Notes: generated by a model from the letters alone, not told the origin. DNA of 64,000 nt from Chthonomonadaceae bacterium (GCA_035650735.1 DASRGZ010000056.1:1-64000), one strand, 5' to 3'; counted from the first letter of the stretch, positions 19,787-31,389 are shown. Numbers and translations are program-made.

Positions 19787-20809
19787 ATGGCGTGGAAGGT
19801 GCTGGTGACGGCACGGGCGTTCTGGGTGAGCGGGCAGGCGGCGCAGAAGGCGCTGGAGACGGCAGGATGCCAGGTGGCGCGTTCGCCGCAGGCGGGGCCG
19901 CTGCCGGAACCGGAACTGATCTCGCTCTTGCAGGGGTGCCAGGCGGTCATCGCGTCGAGCGATCCCTACACGGCCCGCGTCTTCGCCGCCTGCTCGGACT
20001 TGAAGATCGTCTCACGTTGCGGAGTCGGCATCGACTCGGTGGATTTGAGAGCCGCGACGGAGGCGGGCGTGGTCGTCACCAACACGCCCGGCGCCATGAC
20101 CGACGCCGTCGCCGACTACACGTTCGGCCTGCTCCTGGCCCTGGCGCGCAAGATCGTGGAGGGCGAACGGCTGATGCGCTCCGGCGGCTGGGGAGAATAT
20201 CCCGGCGTGCTGGTCTATGGCAAGACGCTGGGCCTGGTCGGGATGGGCCAGATCGGGCAGGGCGTCGCCCGCCGCGCCGCCGGTTTCGGTATGCGGATTC
20301 TAGCTTACGATCCGCCGCTGGCGCAGGCGGCCTCCGGCGCGGAGGGACTATCGGGCGGGCTTCCCGCCGTGACTTTCGTGGAACTCGACGACCTGCTAGC
20401 GCAGAGCGATTTCGTCTCCGTCCATGCGCCCTCCACGCCGGAGACACAGAGCCTCTTCAACGCATCCCGCTTTGCCCGCATGAAGCCGACCGCCTACTTC
20501 ATCAACACGGCGCGCGGCGCGCTGGTAGACGAGGAGGCGCTGCTGGCCGCGTTGGAGACAGGGCAGATCGCGGGCGCAGGCATAGACGTCTACCGCCAGG
20601 AGCCGCTGCCCCCAGATCATCCTTTGCGCCGCGCGCCCAACTGCTTGCTGACGCCGCATAACGCCTTCAACGCTGTCGAGTCGGTGACGGCTATGAGCTT
20701 GATTTCCGCCGAGAACATCTTAGCGCTTCTGCAAGGCAGCCGCCCGGCCTTTGTCTGCAATCCCGCTGTCTGGAACTCGCCCACGCTACGGATAAAGGAT
20801 GAAGGATGA
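19787..20809 (+). CDS. D-3-phosphoglycerate dehydrogenase-like D-2-hydroxyacid dehydrogenase
   Basis: RCGVGIDSVD, GLVGMGQIG, INTARG, LTPH. Confidence 0.9.
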   Translation: MAWKVLVTARAFWVSGQAAQKALETAGCQVARSPQAGPLPEPELISLLQGCQAVIASSDPYTARVFAACSDLKIVSRCGVGIDSVDLRAATEAGVVVTNTPGAMTDAVADYTFGLLLALARKIVEGERLMRSGGWGEYPGVLVYGKTLGLVGMGQIGQGVARRAAGFGMRILAYDPPLAQAASGAEGLSGGLPAVTFVELDDLLAQSDFVSVHAPSTPETQSLFNASRFARMKPTAYFINTARGALVDEEALLAALETGQIAGAGIDVYRQEPLPPDHPLRRAPNCLLTPHNAFNAVESVTAMSLISAENILALLQGSRPAFVCNPAVWNSPTLRIKDEG

Positions 20810-20913
20810 AGGCGGAAGGATGAAAAGAACGAGGCTTTTCTTCATGCTTTATCCCTGCCCAGCAAGGAGGAAGGCGGTAGAGAGCAAAGGTTTTTCTTCA
20901 TCCTTCATCCTTT
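20794..20913. repeat. Inverted GATGAAG heptamer-array hairpin overlapping a stop codon
   Basis: aaaggatgaaggatgaaggcggaaggatgaa ... ttcatccttcatccttt. Confidence 0.85.
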
Positions 20914-20932
20914 CCCTAAAGGAGAACCGCCC

Positions 20933-21733
<801 letters not shown>

Positions 21734-21746
21734 GAACCACCAACCT

Positions 21747-22751
21747 ATGACCCCTCTCGAAAACAAGTGGATGAGAGCGTATATTACCCGGCAACTGCCG
21801 GAGGAGGCGCTGCAAATCGCCCGGTCGTCGGCGGAGATTGAGGTGTGGCAAGGCGAATTGCCGCCTCCCCGCGAGGTCTTGTTGGAGAAGGCGGCGGACT
21901 CGGATGGACTGCTCTGCCTGCTGACTGACCGGATTGATGCCGAACTGCTGGATCACGCCCCGAAACTGCGGGTCGTCAGCCAGATGGCGGTCGGGTTCGA
22001 TAATATTGATGTGGCCGCCTGCACCGCACGCGGCATCCCGGTCGGCAACACGCCCGGCGTCCTGACGGAGACGACCGCCGACCTGGCGTTTGCCCTGCTG
22101 CTGGCTACCGCCCGCCGGCTCGTCGAGGCCGACCGCTTCCTCCACTCCGGCCAGTGGCAGACCTGGTCGCCCATGCTGCTGACCGGCCCGGATGTGCATC
22201 ATGCGACCCTCGGCCTGGTGGGCATGGGACGCATCGGCTACGAGGTCGCGCGGCGGGCCACTGGCTTTCAGATGCCCCTCCTCTACACCGGCCCCCGCCG
22301 CAGCGAGGTTGCCGAACGCGATTTCGGCGCGCGCCATGTTGACCTGGAGACGCTGCTGGCGGAGAGCGATTTCGTTTCGCTCCACACCCCCCTGACGCCG
22401 CAGACCTATCATCTCATCGGCGCGGCGGAACTGGCCCGCATGAAGCCGACTGCCATCCTCATCAACACGGCGCGCGGGCCGGTGGTCGATCAGGCGGCGC
22501 TGGTGGAGGCGCTGCGCGAGCGGCGCATCGCAGCGGCAGGGCTGGATGTGTTCGAGGCGGAGCCGCTGCCCCTCGACTCTCCCCTGCTGCAACTGGATAA
22601 CGTAGTGCTCCTGCCCCACATCGGCTCGGCCTCCATCGCCACGCGCACTCGGATGGCCGTGCTCGCCGCCGAGAACCTGGTGGCTGGACTGCAAGGCCGT
22701 CCACTGCCCCACCCCGTCAATCCCGACGTTATCCCCCGGTACAAACCATAA
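21747..22751 (+). CDS. Glyoxylate reductase / D-glycerate dehydrogenase
   Basis: AVGFDNID, NTPGVLTETTADL, GMGRIG, LPHIGSA. Alternative start at 21771. Confidence 0.9.
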   Translation: MTPLENKWMRAYITRQLPEEALQIARSSAEIEVWQGELPPPREVLLEKAADSDGLLCLLTDRIDAELLDHAPKLRVVSQMAVGFDNIDVAACTARGIPVGNTPGVLTETTADLAFALLLATARRLVEADRFLHSGQWQTWSPMLLTGPDVHHATLGLVGMGRIGYEVARRATGFQMPLLYTGPRRSEVAERDFGARHVDLETLLAESDFVSLHTPLTPQTYHLIGAAELARMKPTAILINTARGPVVDQAALVEALRERRIAAAGLDVFEAEPLPLDSPLLQLDNVVLLPHIGSASIATRTRMAVLAAENLVAGLQGRPLPHPVNPDVIPRYKP

Positions 22752-22845
22752 GAGCGATCAGGCCCACTGACAATCCTGCCCGTGTGCCTTATCCGGCTTA
22801 ATCATCTGGATTATCTGCGGGAATGCGTCGCCCTCTCCTGGCTCA

Positions 22846-22954
22846 CCTAACCCCCCGTCCCCCTTCCCTACTCGCTCGTTCCTCGCTAGGGAAGGGGGTG
22901 ACCCGGCTTCTGCTCTCCCCTCTCCCTCTAAAGGAGAGGGTCCGAGGTGAGGGC
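22846..22954. repeat. Two-hairpin palindromic repeat (near-minimal form of the composite family)
   Basis: cctaaccccccgtcccccttccct-loop-agggaaggggg...cccggcttctgctctcccctctcc-loop-ggagaggg...gtgagggc. Confidence 0.9.
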
Positions 22955-22971
22955 AATTTTCAAATTAGTCC

Positions 22972-23019
22972 TAATCCTGTAAATCCTGAGAAATCCTGTT
23001 AATCCTGTTAATCCTGTTG
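22972..23019. repeat. AATCCTGTT 9-mer tandem array
   Basis: taatcctgtaaatcctgagaaatcctgttaatcctgttaatcctgttg; near-identical at 44469-44508. Confidence 0.9.
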
Positions 23020-23997
23020 AAGGATTTCCAAACCGAGGCGGGCGGCGCAGTCGGCCAGGAGCTCGCGTTCCCAGGCAGGCCGCGTCGGGCTGTTCGGGTG
23101 CGTGCGGTCGGTGGGGATATGACCCTGCATATGGAGGAAGATGGCGGCGGAGTGCTTATAGGCTGGAACGGGAGCGCGGAAGGCGACGTTGCCCAGGTGC
23201 TGGAGCGCGTCCGAGAGCGTAAAATAGGCCGGATCGCCCGTCTCCCAGGCGCGGTCACGCGCGGCGAACTTCTCCGGGCAGAAGGTCGCCAGACCCAGCA
23301 GGTAGTCGCTGCCGACCTCAATCATGCTGATGCCCAGGTCGTTGCCGGTGTAGATTTTAAACTCAGGGCGGAGCGCGTCGCGCCGTTCCAGGCGGCGCAG
23401 TTCCGTCAGGCGGTCGAGGGAGGAGTGCTTGGCCCCGACGAGCGTGGGGATCTCCAGCATCCGGGCGAACGTCTCGTCGTCCCAGATCTCGCCGTTGGGC
23501 GCGAACATCCGGCCCAACTCGAAGGCCAGAACCTGCGGCACGTCGGCGCTAATCTGCCGGTAAACTTCGGCTTTCTCGCGCGGGGCTTTGCCGTGCAGGC
23601 GGGCCGTCTGGAAGATAATTGGCGTGCCGCCGTAGCGCAAAATCTGATCGATCTCGCGCCTGTAGAGCGAGACGATATCGCCCTCGCGCCCCTCGATGAA
23701 CGCGCCGGCGACGAAGGGCACGCCAGGGCCGAGCGCGGCGCGGGTGATCTCCAGCACGCGCCGTTTCTCTTCGTCGGTCAGCAGGTTGGCGTAGCCCGTA
23801 TCCATGTTCACCGCGTTTTGCAGCCCGGCGGCGTGCGTGCGCCGCAGGTGCGCGGCAAACGCCTCCTCCGCGATCTGGCCCTGCGCATCAAAAGGCAGCA
23901 ACGCGGCGGCGATGCCCGTCACCTTGCGGCGCGGACGGATACGGCGCAGATAAGTTTCCAATTCCGAGTTGGGGTTGGGTGTGTTGATGGTTTTCAT
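23008..23997 (-). CDS. Dihydrodipicolinate synthase (DapA)-family protein
   Basis: AALLPF, NMDTGY, GAKHSS (Schiff-base Lys), YTGND. Confidence 0.75.
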   Translation of the reverse strand: MKTINTPNPNSELETYLRRIRPRRKVTGIAAALLPFDAQGQIAEEAFAAHLRRTHAAGLQNAVNMDTGYANLLTDEEKRRVLEITRAALGPGVPFVAGAFIEGREGDIVSLYRREIDQILRYGGTPIIFQTARLHGKAPREKAEVYRQISADVPQVLAFELGRMFAPNGEIWDDETFARMLEIPTLVGAKHSSLDRLTELRRLERRDALRPEFKIYTGNDLGISMIEVGSDYLLGLATFCPEKFAARDRAWETGDPAYFTLSDALQHLGNVAFRAPVPAYKHSAAIFLHMQGHIPTDRTHPNSPTRPAWERELLADCAARLGLEILQQD

Positions 23998-24039
23998 GCC
24001 ACCTTATTCGCGCTTTATAGCAGCTTTCCCTGCCCGCTA

Positions 24040-25230
24040 TCATACGTCCGTCCCTTCTATCTCTTCCTCCGCTTCCGGCAATTCCGCATCTACGGACAAA
24101 TCTTCCGGAGATACGCCAATCAAGAAATCTTGAATTCGGATGTCAGCCAGGGCGCTCTCTAGGAAACCTTCGATCTGAGCGTCGGGCATCGTTTGCAGTT
24201 CATGCTTGAATCCAAGCTGATGGCCCAGGCGCTGCGCAAGATCGCGGGGCCAATACCGCATACTCATCTGAATGATCTCTGCCCCAATGCGCTTTGCGGC
24301 TTCCTCCGTCTTTCCGGTTTTAGGAAGGCGATCTATAATGATAAAGGTTGTCGAATGATGCGCGCCTCCGGCTAATTCTATCTCGCGAGCGTAGCGCGAT
24401 AACTTATCTTTCGATATTTCGGGATTTCCGGGACCAATGAAACCAATATCGAAACGCGCTAACTTGCCGGGTTGCAGTAGAAGAGTTGCATCGCTCTCTC
24501 GTTCATTAGAACTATCTGCCAACCAGAATACCTTATGCGTTCTTGTGTTCGTTCTTGGATCTACTCGCCGAAAGCCAAGCACGGCAAGCACCGAACCGAG
24601 TACCAATCTTTCAAACAGCTTGCCATAAATGGATTTGTCGGAGCCTCGGAGTGTAAGAGTCAAACTGCCTATCGCCGTTGTCAGGCGCGTGATACCTTCC
24701 CAATCTAATTTTGCACGACGGCCATCCGGTGATTCGACAAAGCCCAACGTCAACTGGAGGTCGCCTATCTCGGTCTGGCATTGTACTGCCGCTTCCCGAA
24801 CAGCGGTTTCAAAGTCGGTAAGGTAGTCCTGAACGTCGGGGTTATTTCTCAGAACGTTCTGAACCGATTTACCGGTCAGGCCGAGGAGCCATTGGGCAGG
24901 CCAGATACTTGCGTTATCGTTCCTGTTTGCCGTTTTAATCTGCTCGACCGCCATGGCGGACAGGCGGCTTGTAAAGTCCTCAAAATGGAGGCAGCCCTGA
25001 GCAAACAGGGCTGCCATGGCCCCGCTCGCCTGCGCGATACGCCTGCGCGTAAGCGGTTCCGTCTGTGTGCGAACGTTTTCGCCCATCATCACGCCAAGAA
25101 CCACGCGACGTGCGGCCTCTACACCGATACGCTCCAAGAACTCTTTGCCGCCGCCCGTGAGTAAGAGGCGGCTATTTTGCGGAAAGAGGTCGTTGAGCGT
25201 GAGCGGATGGGACGGGGAACTCTCAGACAT
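24040..25230 (-). CDS. CfrBI-family type II restriction endonuclease
   Basis: [51 protein letters not shown]; overlaps the MTase stop codon. Confidence 0.75.
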   Translation of the reverse strand: MSESSPSHPLTLNDLFPQNSRLLLTGGGKEFLERIGVEAARRVVLGVMMGENVRTQTEPLTRRRIAQASGAMAALFAQGCLHFEDFTSRLSAMAVEQIKTANRNDNASIWPAQWLLGLTGKSVQNVLRNNPDVQDYLTDFETAVREAAVQCQTEIGDLQLTLGFVESPDGRRAKLDWEGITRLTTAIGSLTLTLRGSDKSIYGKLFERLVLGSVLAVLGFRRVDPRTNTRTHKVFWLADSSNERESDATLLLQPGKLARFDIGFIGPGNPEISKDKLSRYAREIELAGGAHHSTTFIIIDRLPKTGKTEEAAKRIGAEIIQMSMRYWPRDLAQRLGHQLGFKHELQTMPDAQIEGFLESALADIRIQDFLIGVSPEDLSVDAELPEAEEEIEGTDV

Positions 25231-26440
25231 CGTAGGTTTCTTGGGTCTCGAAAAGCCGGAGGACCGGCGGCGCCGGAGGGCAGTTGATATAAAGGATGTC
25301 TTCAGCCGCTTTCCCCAGCCAGGAAGGAGCCGCTTCCTGAATCATCCGGATATAGTCGGGGTTAATTTCAAAAAGCACGAAGCGCCTTCCAAGCTGGGAA
25401 GCGGCGGCCCCGACAGTGCCCGAACCCGCAAAGGGGTCCATGATAACATCCCCTTTGAAGGAGTAGTATTGGATCACTTTCTGGGCCAGTTCAAGGGGAA
25501 AGGCCGCAGGATGGGCAGAGTTCGTATTCGGCTGAATGCGCCAGACGTTCGTGCGTTCGTAGTCATCGCCAATTTTGGAGGCGGCAATGACATCCGGTTC
25601 AGGGTGGTTACGAATGTGCCAATCAATCAACAGATCGGTTCTTTTGCGATAGACCAGCACATATTCGGTGACAGGGACGGCCTTATATTGGAGGGGATTC
25701 CGGTCGGCGGCAAAGCGGCGTCCCCGCCCGGTCGCCCAACCCGCTCCTTCTGGCTTCACCCAGATAATGTCGTCAATAAAATCGTAACCCTCTTCGATAA
25801 AAATGCGGTGCAGGTCAAAAGGAACGGCAATACGTTTGGAGGACTGGTTTCTGCTGGCGCGACGCAATAGAACTGGAGCGGTATTGATCACGAAAAAGCG
25901 GCCCTCGTTCAAGACACGGTGCGCACGCTTGATAACTTGCCGCATCTTAAAAAGATACTGCTCATACTGTTCATAATCACTGTATTCAGGGCGTGCATTG
26001 AAATAAGGAGGCGAGGTAAAGATAAGATCTACCGAGGCGGCAGGCATTTCCTCAATTAGCTCTACACAGTCTCCCTGCCCGACCGTGTTCCTGAGGGAAG
26101 AGATCGGATAGTCTGCCTTCTGGTGTCGCTTTTTATTGGCCTGAACTTCATCTTTCTTCAGGAGGCGGGCTTCCAGCATTTCCGGCTTGGTCGTCTTCTC
26201 ATGAAGAATAGCGGTGGTGTAGGCATCAATAACCACTTCTCCAATCTTGGTCGTTCCGTCTTCCTTACAGAGGGGAACACGCCATACATGATAGCGGTCG
26301 TCAATCTCCGGTAGGCCGAACCGAATAACCTGACAGAGTTCTATTTCATAGAGCCAATCGGCGGCTATTTTCTTTGCCTGGGCGACGGTTGTGACTAGAT
26401 ATTTTCTTGACTCAGCAACAAGGGGCTTGTTACGCGGCAC
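25223..26440 (-). CDS. N4-cytosine (beta-class) DNA methyltransferase
   Basis: FTSPPY before HPAAFP and [11 protein letters not shown] start at 26440, 8 nt after AAGGAGG. Confidence 0.92.
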   Translation of the reverse strand: MPRNKPLVAESRKYLVTTVAQAKKIAADWLYEIELCQVIRFGLPEIDDRYHVWRVPLCKEDGTTKIGEVVIDAYTTAILHEKTTKPEMLEARLLKKDEVQANKKRHQKADYPISSLRNTVGQGDCVELIEEMPAASVDLIFTSPPYFNARPEYSDYEQYEQYLFKMRQVIKRAHRVLNEGRFFVINTAPVLLRRASRNQSSKRIAVPFDLHRIFIEEGYDFIDDIIWVKPEGAGWATGRGRRFAADRNPLQYKAVPVTEYVLVYRKRTDLLIDWHIRNHPEPDVIAASKIGDDYERTNVWRIQPNTNSAHPAAFPLELAQKVIQYYSFKGDVIMDPFAGSGTVGAAASQLGRRFVLFEINPDYIRMIQEAAPSWLGKAAEDILYINCPPAPPVLRLFETQETYDV

Positions 26441-26546
26441 AGTACCTTCCTCCTTAGAAGTACTTTGCATTACGCGGCAAGCCCCTCTTTTTCCTGCCAA
26501 TTTTCTATTTTTACACGCCCGTTTGCTGACTGCAAGCAGCAAGGAT

Positions 26547-27605
26547 TTAGAGCAGCCTTCCCTGCCCGCCGTTATCGTCTTTCTGGTTCGGGCGGTAGGG
26601 CAGGCCCAGGTGCTCGCAGGCCAGGCGCGTCACCGAGCGGCCCCGGTTGGTCCGGTTCAGGAAGCCGATTTGCAGCAGGTACGGCTCGACCATGTCCTCG
26701 ATGGTGTCCCGCTCCTCGCCCAGCATGGCCGCCAGCGTCTCCAGTCCGACCGGGCCGCACTCATACTTTTCAATGATGGCGCGCAGATATCGGCGGTCCA
26801 GCTCATCCAGGCCGAGGTAGTCCACTTCCAGCATCTGCAATGCGGCGTCGGCGACCTCTTTGGTGATGATGCCGTTGGCGCGCACCTGGGCGTAGTCCCG
26901 CACGCGCTTGAGCATCCGGTTGGCGATACGGGGCGTGCCGCGCGAACGCCGGGCGATCTCCATCGCGCCCTCCGGCTCGGTCTTGACGCCCAGGATGTCG
27001 GCGGAGCGGCACACGATGGTATAGAGCTCGTCCACGCTATAGAGCTCAAAGCCGTGATGGATGCCGAAGCGGTCGCGCAAGGGCGAGGAGAGCATTCCCG
27101 CACGCGTCGTGGCCCCCACCAGCGTGAAGCGGGGCAGGTCCAGGCGCAGCGTGCGCGCGGAAGGCCCGCGCCCGATGACGATATCCAGCTTGAAATCCTC
27201 CATCGCCGGATAGAGGATCTCCTCGACGGTGCGGTTGAGGCGGTGAATTTCGTCAATGAAGAAGACACTGTTCTTCTCCAGACTGGTCAGGATCGCCGCC
27301 AGGTCGCCCGGCTTCTCGATGGCCGGCCCTGCCGTCGTGCGAATGGGAACGCCCATCTCGTTGGCGATCACGTTGCTCAGCGTCGTCTTGCCCAGGCCGG
27401 GCGGGCCGTAGAGCAAGACGTGATCCAGCGGCTCGCCGCGCGATTGGGCGGCCTCGATGGCGATGCTGAGGTTCTGCTTGATCTTGGGCTGGCCGATCAT
27501 CTCGCGCAGGAGCCTGGGCCGCAGGGAGAGTTCGCTGCTATCGTCTGGTATCTCTTCGGGCGACAGGATGCGCCCCTCGTCCTCGTCGCTTCCCCTTCGT
27601 GCCAT
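26547..27605 (-). CDS. ruvB: Holliday junction branch migration helicase RuvB
   Basis: [38 protein letters not shown]. Confidence 0.98.
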   Translation of the reverse strand: MARRGSDEDEGRILSPEEIPDDSSELSLRPRLLREMIGQPKIKQNLSIAIEAAQSRGEPLDHVLLYGPPGLGKTTLSNVIANEMGVPIRTTAGPAIEKPGDLAAILTSLEKNSVFFIDEIHRLNRTVEEILYPAMEDFKLDIVIGRGPSARTLRLDLPRFTLVGATTRAGMLSSPLRDRFGIHHGFELYSVDELYTIVCRSADILGVKTEPEGAMEIARRSRGTPRIANRMLKRVRDYAQVRANGIITKEVADAALQMLEVDYLGLDELDRRYLRAIIEKYECGPVGLETLAAMLGEERDTIEDMVEPYLLQIGFLNRTNRGRSVTRLACEHLGLPYRPNQKDDNGGQGRLL

Positions 27606-27647
27606 GAGACAAACCTTTCTGTGGGATAGGCGCGTCTCCGTGGTGTT

Positions 27648-27773
27648 AAGGAGGAAGGCGAAAGGAGGAAGGATGAAAGAGACCTTGCTCTTTTCCTCTT
27701 CTCGTCTTTCTCCTTGCTGGGAAGGAAGGAGACCTTGCTTTTTTCCTCCTTCCTCCTTCCGCCTTCATCCTTT
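27648..27773. repeat. Inverted heptamer-array hairpin in the ruvB 5' leader
   Basis: aaggaggaaggcgaaaggaggaaggatgaaa ... tttcctccttcctccttccgccttcatccttt. Confidence 0.8.
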
Positions 27774-27794
27774 GGAAACACGCTGCTAGCCCGT

Positions 27795-27823
27795 ATTATA
27801 GCACAGAAGTACGAATCTGTCTA
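27795..27823 (-). promoter_or_regulatory. Sigma-70 promoter for ruvB and probably the R-M genes
   Basis: Minus strand TAGACA-17 nt-TATAAT with extended -10 TG. Confidence 0.75.
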
Positions 27824-28059
27824 CTATACCGGCGTAAAAGGATGCGCAGGAACCCCACGCCGCGCGCTGGCAGGAGGGAAGAGTCAACAAAGAGCCATCG
27901 GGAGACTCAGAAGAGGGGCAACGTACTGCTCTTTCTCTACGAGGTGTCTTTCGATTTGCGATTGGGGCCTGTAGTGTGGGGAGACAAGGCCCTTCGGCCT
28001 GATGCGTAGGCCACTACCAGCCATAAGCCCATGAGAAAGAATACTGCCGTGCCGCGGGA

Positions 28060-28308
28060 TCACTGAGGCGTATCCACGCGTTCCGGCTCGAAAGGGTGTT
28101 GCCAGATCTCCACATGCAGACTATGAGGGGTATTGGCGGCGGCCCCATCGGGCTTGCGCGTTACCAGCCGCACCCAGCCGCTTATGGGAGCTACCACCAC
28201 CTCACGCGAGTCCACCGATAGCCCCAGCACCGCCCCCCGCTGTACGAATTCGCCATCCTTGTAGATCGCCCCATACACCGGGTGAACCTCCAAGCATAAT
28301 GGCACCAT
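28060..28308 (-). CDS. Small hypothetical protein, barrel-sandwich (biotinyl/lipoyl-like) pattern
   Basis: GGAGG RBS; KDGEFVQRGAVLG...VVAPISGWV. Confidence 0.6.
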   Translation of the reverse strand: MVPLCLEVHPVYGAIYKDGEFVQRGAVLGLSVDSREVVVAPISGWVRLVTRKPDGAAANTPHSLHVEIWQHPFEPERVDTPQ

Positions 28309-28569
28309 GACACGCCTCCCATTCTTACATCCAAAATGCTCTGACCCGCGCGTCGCAGCTTTGGTGGTCCGCTCACATTATTTTGGCCTTAGGCCAGAAC
28401 CCAGCGGGAAGATAAGGGAGCCAGAAGCCTACCAATCCATTTGGTCTTGACTCGCAGGCTCGAAAATTTGTTCCAATCAAGCTGAGCAATTGGCGCTCTT
28501 GCCGTCGTCAGGGGAAGGGAGCGATCCCTTCTGCCCTATCCGGGGCAGCCGGTGGGAAGCGGACGGCGC

Positions 28570-29322
28570 TTAAAGGCCCGTGGGATGGTCTAAGAAAAAG
28601 GTTTCCAGGCCAAAGCGCTCAGTCAAATGCTGGCCCAGCGCGCGCACGCCCACCGTCTCCGTCGCATAGTGCCCGGCATAGAGTACGTTCAGGCCGCGCT
28701 CCTCGGCCTCAAAGTAGGTGTAGTGCGGCCCCTCGCCGGTCAGGAACGTATCCAGGCCCCGGGCCGCCGCGCGCTCGATCCAGGTGCCGGCCCCGCCCGT
28801 GACGATGCCGACGCGCCGTACCGTCTCCGGCCCGGTCGCGATCACCAGAGGCGACACCCCCAATGCCTCCCGAACGCGCGCGACAAAGGCCTCGCGCGCC
28901 AGCTCCGTCTCCGCATAGACGCCTATCGGCACGCCCTCATGCTCGCCAAACGGCCCGGCCAGCTCCAGCCCCAGCAGACGCGCCAGGACATGGTTATTGC
29001 CCACCTCCGGGTGCGCGTCCAGGGGCGTGTGGCAGGAATAGAGCGCTATGTCGTTTTTGATCAGAGCGGCCAGGCGGCGGTAGTAGGGCCCGGTCACGGG
29101 CGCCTTCGGCCCCCAGAACAGGCCATGATGCACGATCATCATATCCGCCCTTTCGGTCGCGGCGCGCTCGATGGTGGCCAGGCAGGCATCCACAGCTACG
29201 GCCACACGGCGCACCTCGCGCCGGCCCTCCACTTGCAGCCCGTTATAAGCCTCCTTCCAGTCCGGCACCTCGCGCACGGCCAGATAGGTATCTAGATAGG
29301 CGACCAACTCCTGAGTTAACAT
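28570..29322 (-). CDS. Nif3-like dinuclear metal-centre protein (YbgI/DUF34)
   Basis: NGLQVEG, IVHHGLFW, HTPLDAH, AGHYATE. Confidence 0.95.
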   Translation of the reverse strand: MLTQELVAYLDTYLAVREVPDWKEAYNGLQVEGRREVRRVAVAVDACLATIERAATERADMMIVHHGLFWGPKAPVTGPYYRRLAALIKNDIALYSCHTPLDAHPEVGNNHVLARLLGLELAGPFGEHEGVPIGVYAETELAREAFVARVREALGVSPLVIATGPETVRRVGIVTGGAGTWIERAAARGLDTFLTGEGPHYTYFEAEERGLNVLYAGHYATETVGVRALGQHLTERFGLETFFLDHPTGL

Positions 29323-29342
29323 CTCTTTATTCTTTTATCTAA

Positions 29343-29443
29343 CCCAAGTTGCTACCTAGGAACACGTTTGAGAGAGAATCGCTCTGGAAACCGGCTTTTG
29401 CATCACCGTTTGCCTTCTCGAAGAGGCAAGGTAGCAACTTGAG
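29343..29443. mobile_element. 101-bp MITE, copy 2 (inverted)
   Basis: Exact reverse complement of 10932-11032; flanks TTATCTAA/TTATCTAG. Confidence 0.9.
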
Positions 29444-29772
29444 TTATCTAGTCTTTATTCCTATATCTAGCCGGAGCCGCCCGTCGCGCCGCAGCGGATG
29501 TCCGGCAGCCTCTCACACAAGTTCTTCCTGTGTCCCCCCTTCCCCCACAAGCGAAGGGGAACGAGGGTTAGGAAACCGAATGAAATCCACCGGCGGCAGA
29601 GCCGCACTTAACGGTGCGGCTCTGTCTCAACTCACACCCTGGCAAGGTGTTATTCAACCATCAGATTCGCGCGTAAACCTTTTTTTCCTGCTTGAGTACG
29701 ATATTTCAGTAGTATTTTGGTTGGATTTTTTCGGTTGTGCAATTGCCTGAATTGAAGTAAAAAAACGGCCCA

Positions 29773-29807
29773 AAGCGGTTGCAATCCGCTTGCCAGTATG
29801 CTATACT
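29773..29807 (+). promoter_or_regulatory. Sigma-70 promoter with palindrome over -35
   Basis: TTGCAA-17 nt-TATACT with TG extension; AAGCGG-N7-CCGCTT straddles -35. Confidence 0.7.
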
Positions 29808-29904
29808 TGCGCACGGTTCAATCGGGCAAGGAAGCAGGCACTCCCGCCGCTTTCGCCCATGATGGCAGGGCAACGCAGCCCGGCACGAGGAGTGAGGTTA
29901 AGGA

Positions 29905-30447
29905 ATGGCTGAAGACGAAACGCCAGGCTTTACCGTCGTGGATAAGCGCCACTCCACGCAGGCGGCGCAGGCGCAGCCAGCAACGGATGCATCGGCCTCT
30001 CCCTCCACATCTTCCGACATCCACGAAACAGACTCTTCCGCCCAGACGCGGAGCGCCTCGGAAAAGGCACCGCCCTCCGGCGCCAGTTCGCCGCCACCCC
30101 CAACCGGGGAGGCCGCGCCGGAACAGGCCCCCAGCGGCGAGTCCTTTCTGCCAGACCCGGCCACCCTGGTCGTCCTCGGGGCCATGCAGATGGACATACG
30201 CAGCCTGGTGGAAACCCTCCTGGCGGTGTTTGATGGGCATGCCTGGCGGGCGTTAGGATTACTGGCAAACCCCCAGACGGGAGAGGTTCAGACGGACCTC
30301 CCTAGCGCCCAACTGGCCATTGATTGCGTTCAGTTTCTGCTCAGCAAGATCGAGAACAGCCTGCCGGACGCCGAGCGGCGTGAAGCCCAGCGGCGGCTGA
30401 CCGATCTGCGCATGAACTACCTGGCGAAACGGAACGAGCCACGCTAA
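29905..30447 (+). CDS. DUF1844 domain protein
   Basis: GFTVVDKR N-terminus, disordered linker, LGLLANPQTGE...DL..A..AID...LRMNY. Confidence 0.8.
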   Translation: MAEDETPGFTVVDKRHSTQAAQAQPATDASASPSTSSDIHETDSSAQTRSASEKAPPSGASSPPPPTGEAAPEQAPSGESFLPDPATLVVLGAMQMDIRSLVETLLAVFDGHAWRALGLLANPQTGEVQTDLPSAQLAIDCVQFLLSKIENSLPDAERREAQRRLTDLRMNYLAKRNEPR

Positions 30448-30623
30448 GAGCGCCATCCGCCGATGGCGCCGGTCCATCGTTTCCTCAAGCAACCGCGTAA
30501 CGCCAAAGCGGCTCATTCACAAACCGGGGAACAGCAGGGAGGCATCGTCTGGTTCCCCTTAGTAGAGCGGCTAGCCAAAGCCGCCGATCTCTTTTGTGAA
30601 CCGGAGCTATAGGAGAGCATAGG

Positions 30624-31160
30624 ATGGCTATTCGGATCGGGCTGCCGCCCCCGCTATTATCACGTCTGCGGTTTCATTGGCATACTACCCACACGCAATG
30701 TTCCCATCAGGTGCGTTCCCTGCGCGCGTCCGCCAACCGCACGGCGGAGAAGGTTCGGGATCGGTGGCGGCACGCCTCGGAGCGCCTGGCGGCGCGTCTG
30801 AGCCCCCGCGCCCGCGCTCTGGCCCGGCAGCGTGCCCGACTGGCGTCGTTTGAGGAGAAGTACGAGGACCTGGTCGCCCTGCTCTGCTGGGCCGCCAAAG
30901 AAGGCGTGCAGCCGGACCATCAGCCCCGCTACGCCGCGCTGCGCGCCTGGATGCGCGCCCACTACCGTCCGCTGCGTCCGCACCTGCGTCCCTATTGGGC
31001 CGGAGAAGCCGATGCCGGGACACAGGATCCCTTTGAGGCGCTGTTTCTTTCGGCAAACCTGGAAGAGGTCATCAACGCGGCCACAGGCATCGAGAACCTC
31101 ATGCGAACCCGCTTTGCGCTCGAAGCCTATCACGATGCGCTAAACTTGCCTGACCGCTAG
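30624..31160 (+). CDS. Hypothetical protein
   Basis: AGGAG RBS, helical composition, downstream terminator. Confidence 0.65.
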   Translation: MAIRIGLPPPLLSRLRFHWHTTHTQCSHQVRSLRASANRTAEKVRDRWRHASERLAARLSPRARALARQRARLASFEEKYEDLVALLCWAAKEGVQPDHQPRYAALRAWMRAHYRPLRPHLRPYWAGEADAGTQDPFEALFLSANLEEVINAATGIENLMRTRFALEAYHDALNLPDR

Positions 31161-31186
31161 GATTAAGCTCCTCTTGTCGAAGCTAA

Positions 31187-31276
31187 GAGCCCCTAACAAA
31201 ACCTGGCTGTCAGGCTCTCCCCTCACCCTGGCCCTCTCCCTGCAAGGCAGAGGGAGAAATGTTATGTGAGACGCTC
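31187..31276. mobile_element. Short MITE with IS5-like GAG ends
   Basis: Imperfect TIRs gagcccctaacaaaac/gttatgtgagacgctc; TAA on both sides; carries a CCCTCACCC hairpin. Confidence 0.6.
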
Positions 31277-31306
31277 TAAGTAGCACAAATAGTGCGATTG
31301 ATCTGG

Positions 31307-31350
31307 CGAACGCCCTGCCGAATAAAACTTCCGCAGGGCGTTCGTTTTTT
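31307..31350 (+). terminator. Rho-independent terminator
   Basis: 12-bp stem cgaacgccctgc/gcagggcgttcg followed by T6. Confidence 0.85.
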
Positions 31351-31389
31351 GGTTCGGCCAGGGCTGCCTGCCTGCTGCGGCACTCTTTG

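Noticed and set aside
27895..28022. Hairpin-rich segment with CTGATG resembling a hammerhead core
   Set aside because: Lacks CTGANGA and GAAA in the right arrangement; probably terminator-like stems.
29818..29842. GCAAGGAAGCAG resembles SRP RNA domain IV
   Set aside because: No CAGG..CC 5' strand to pair, and no long flanking stem.
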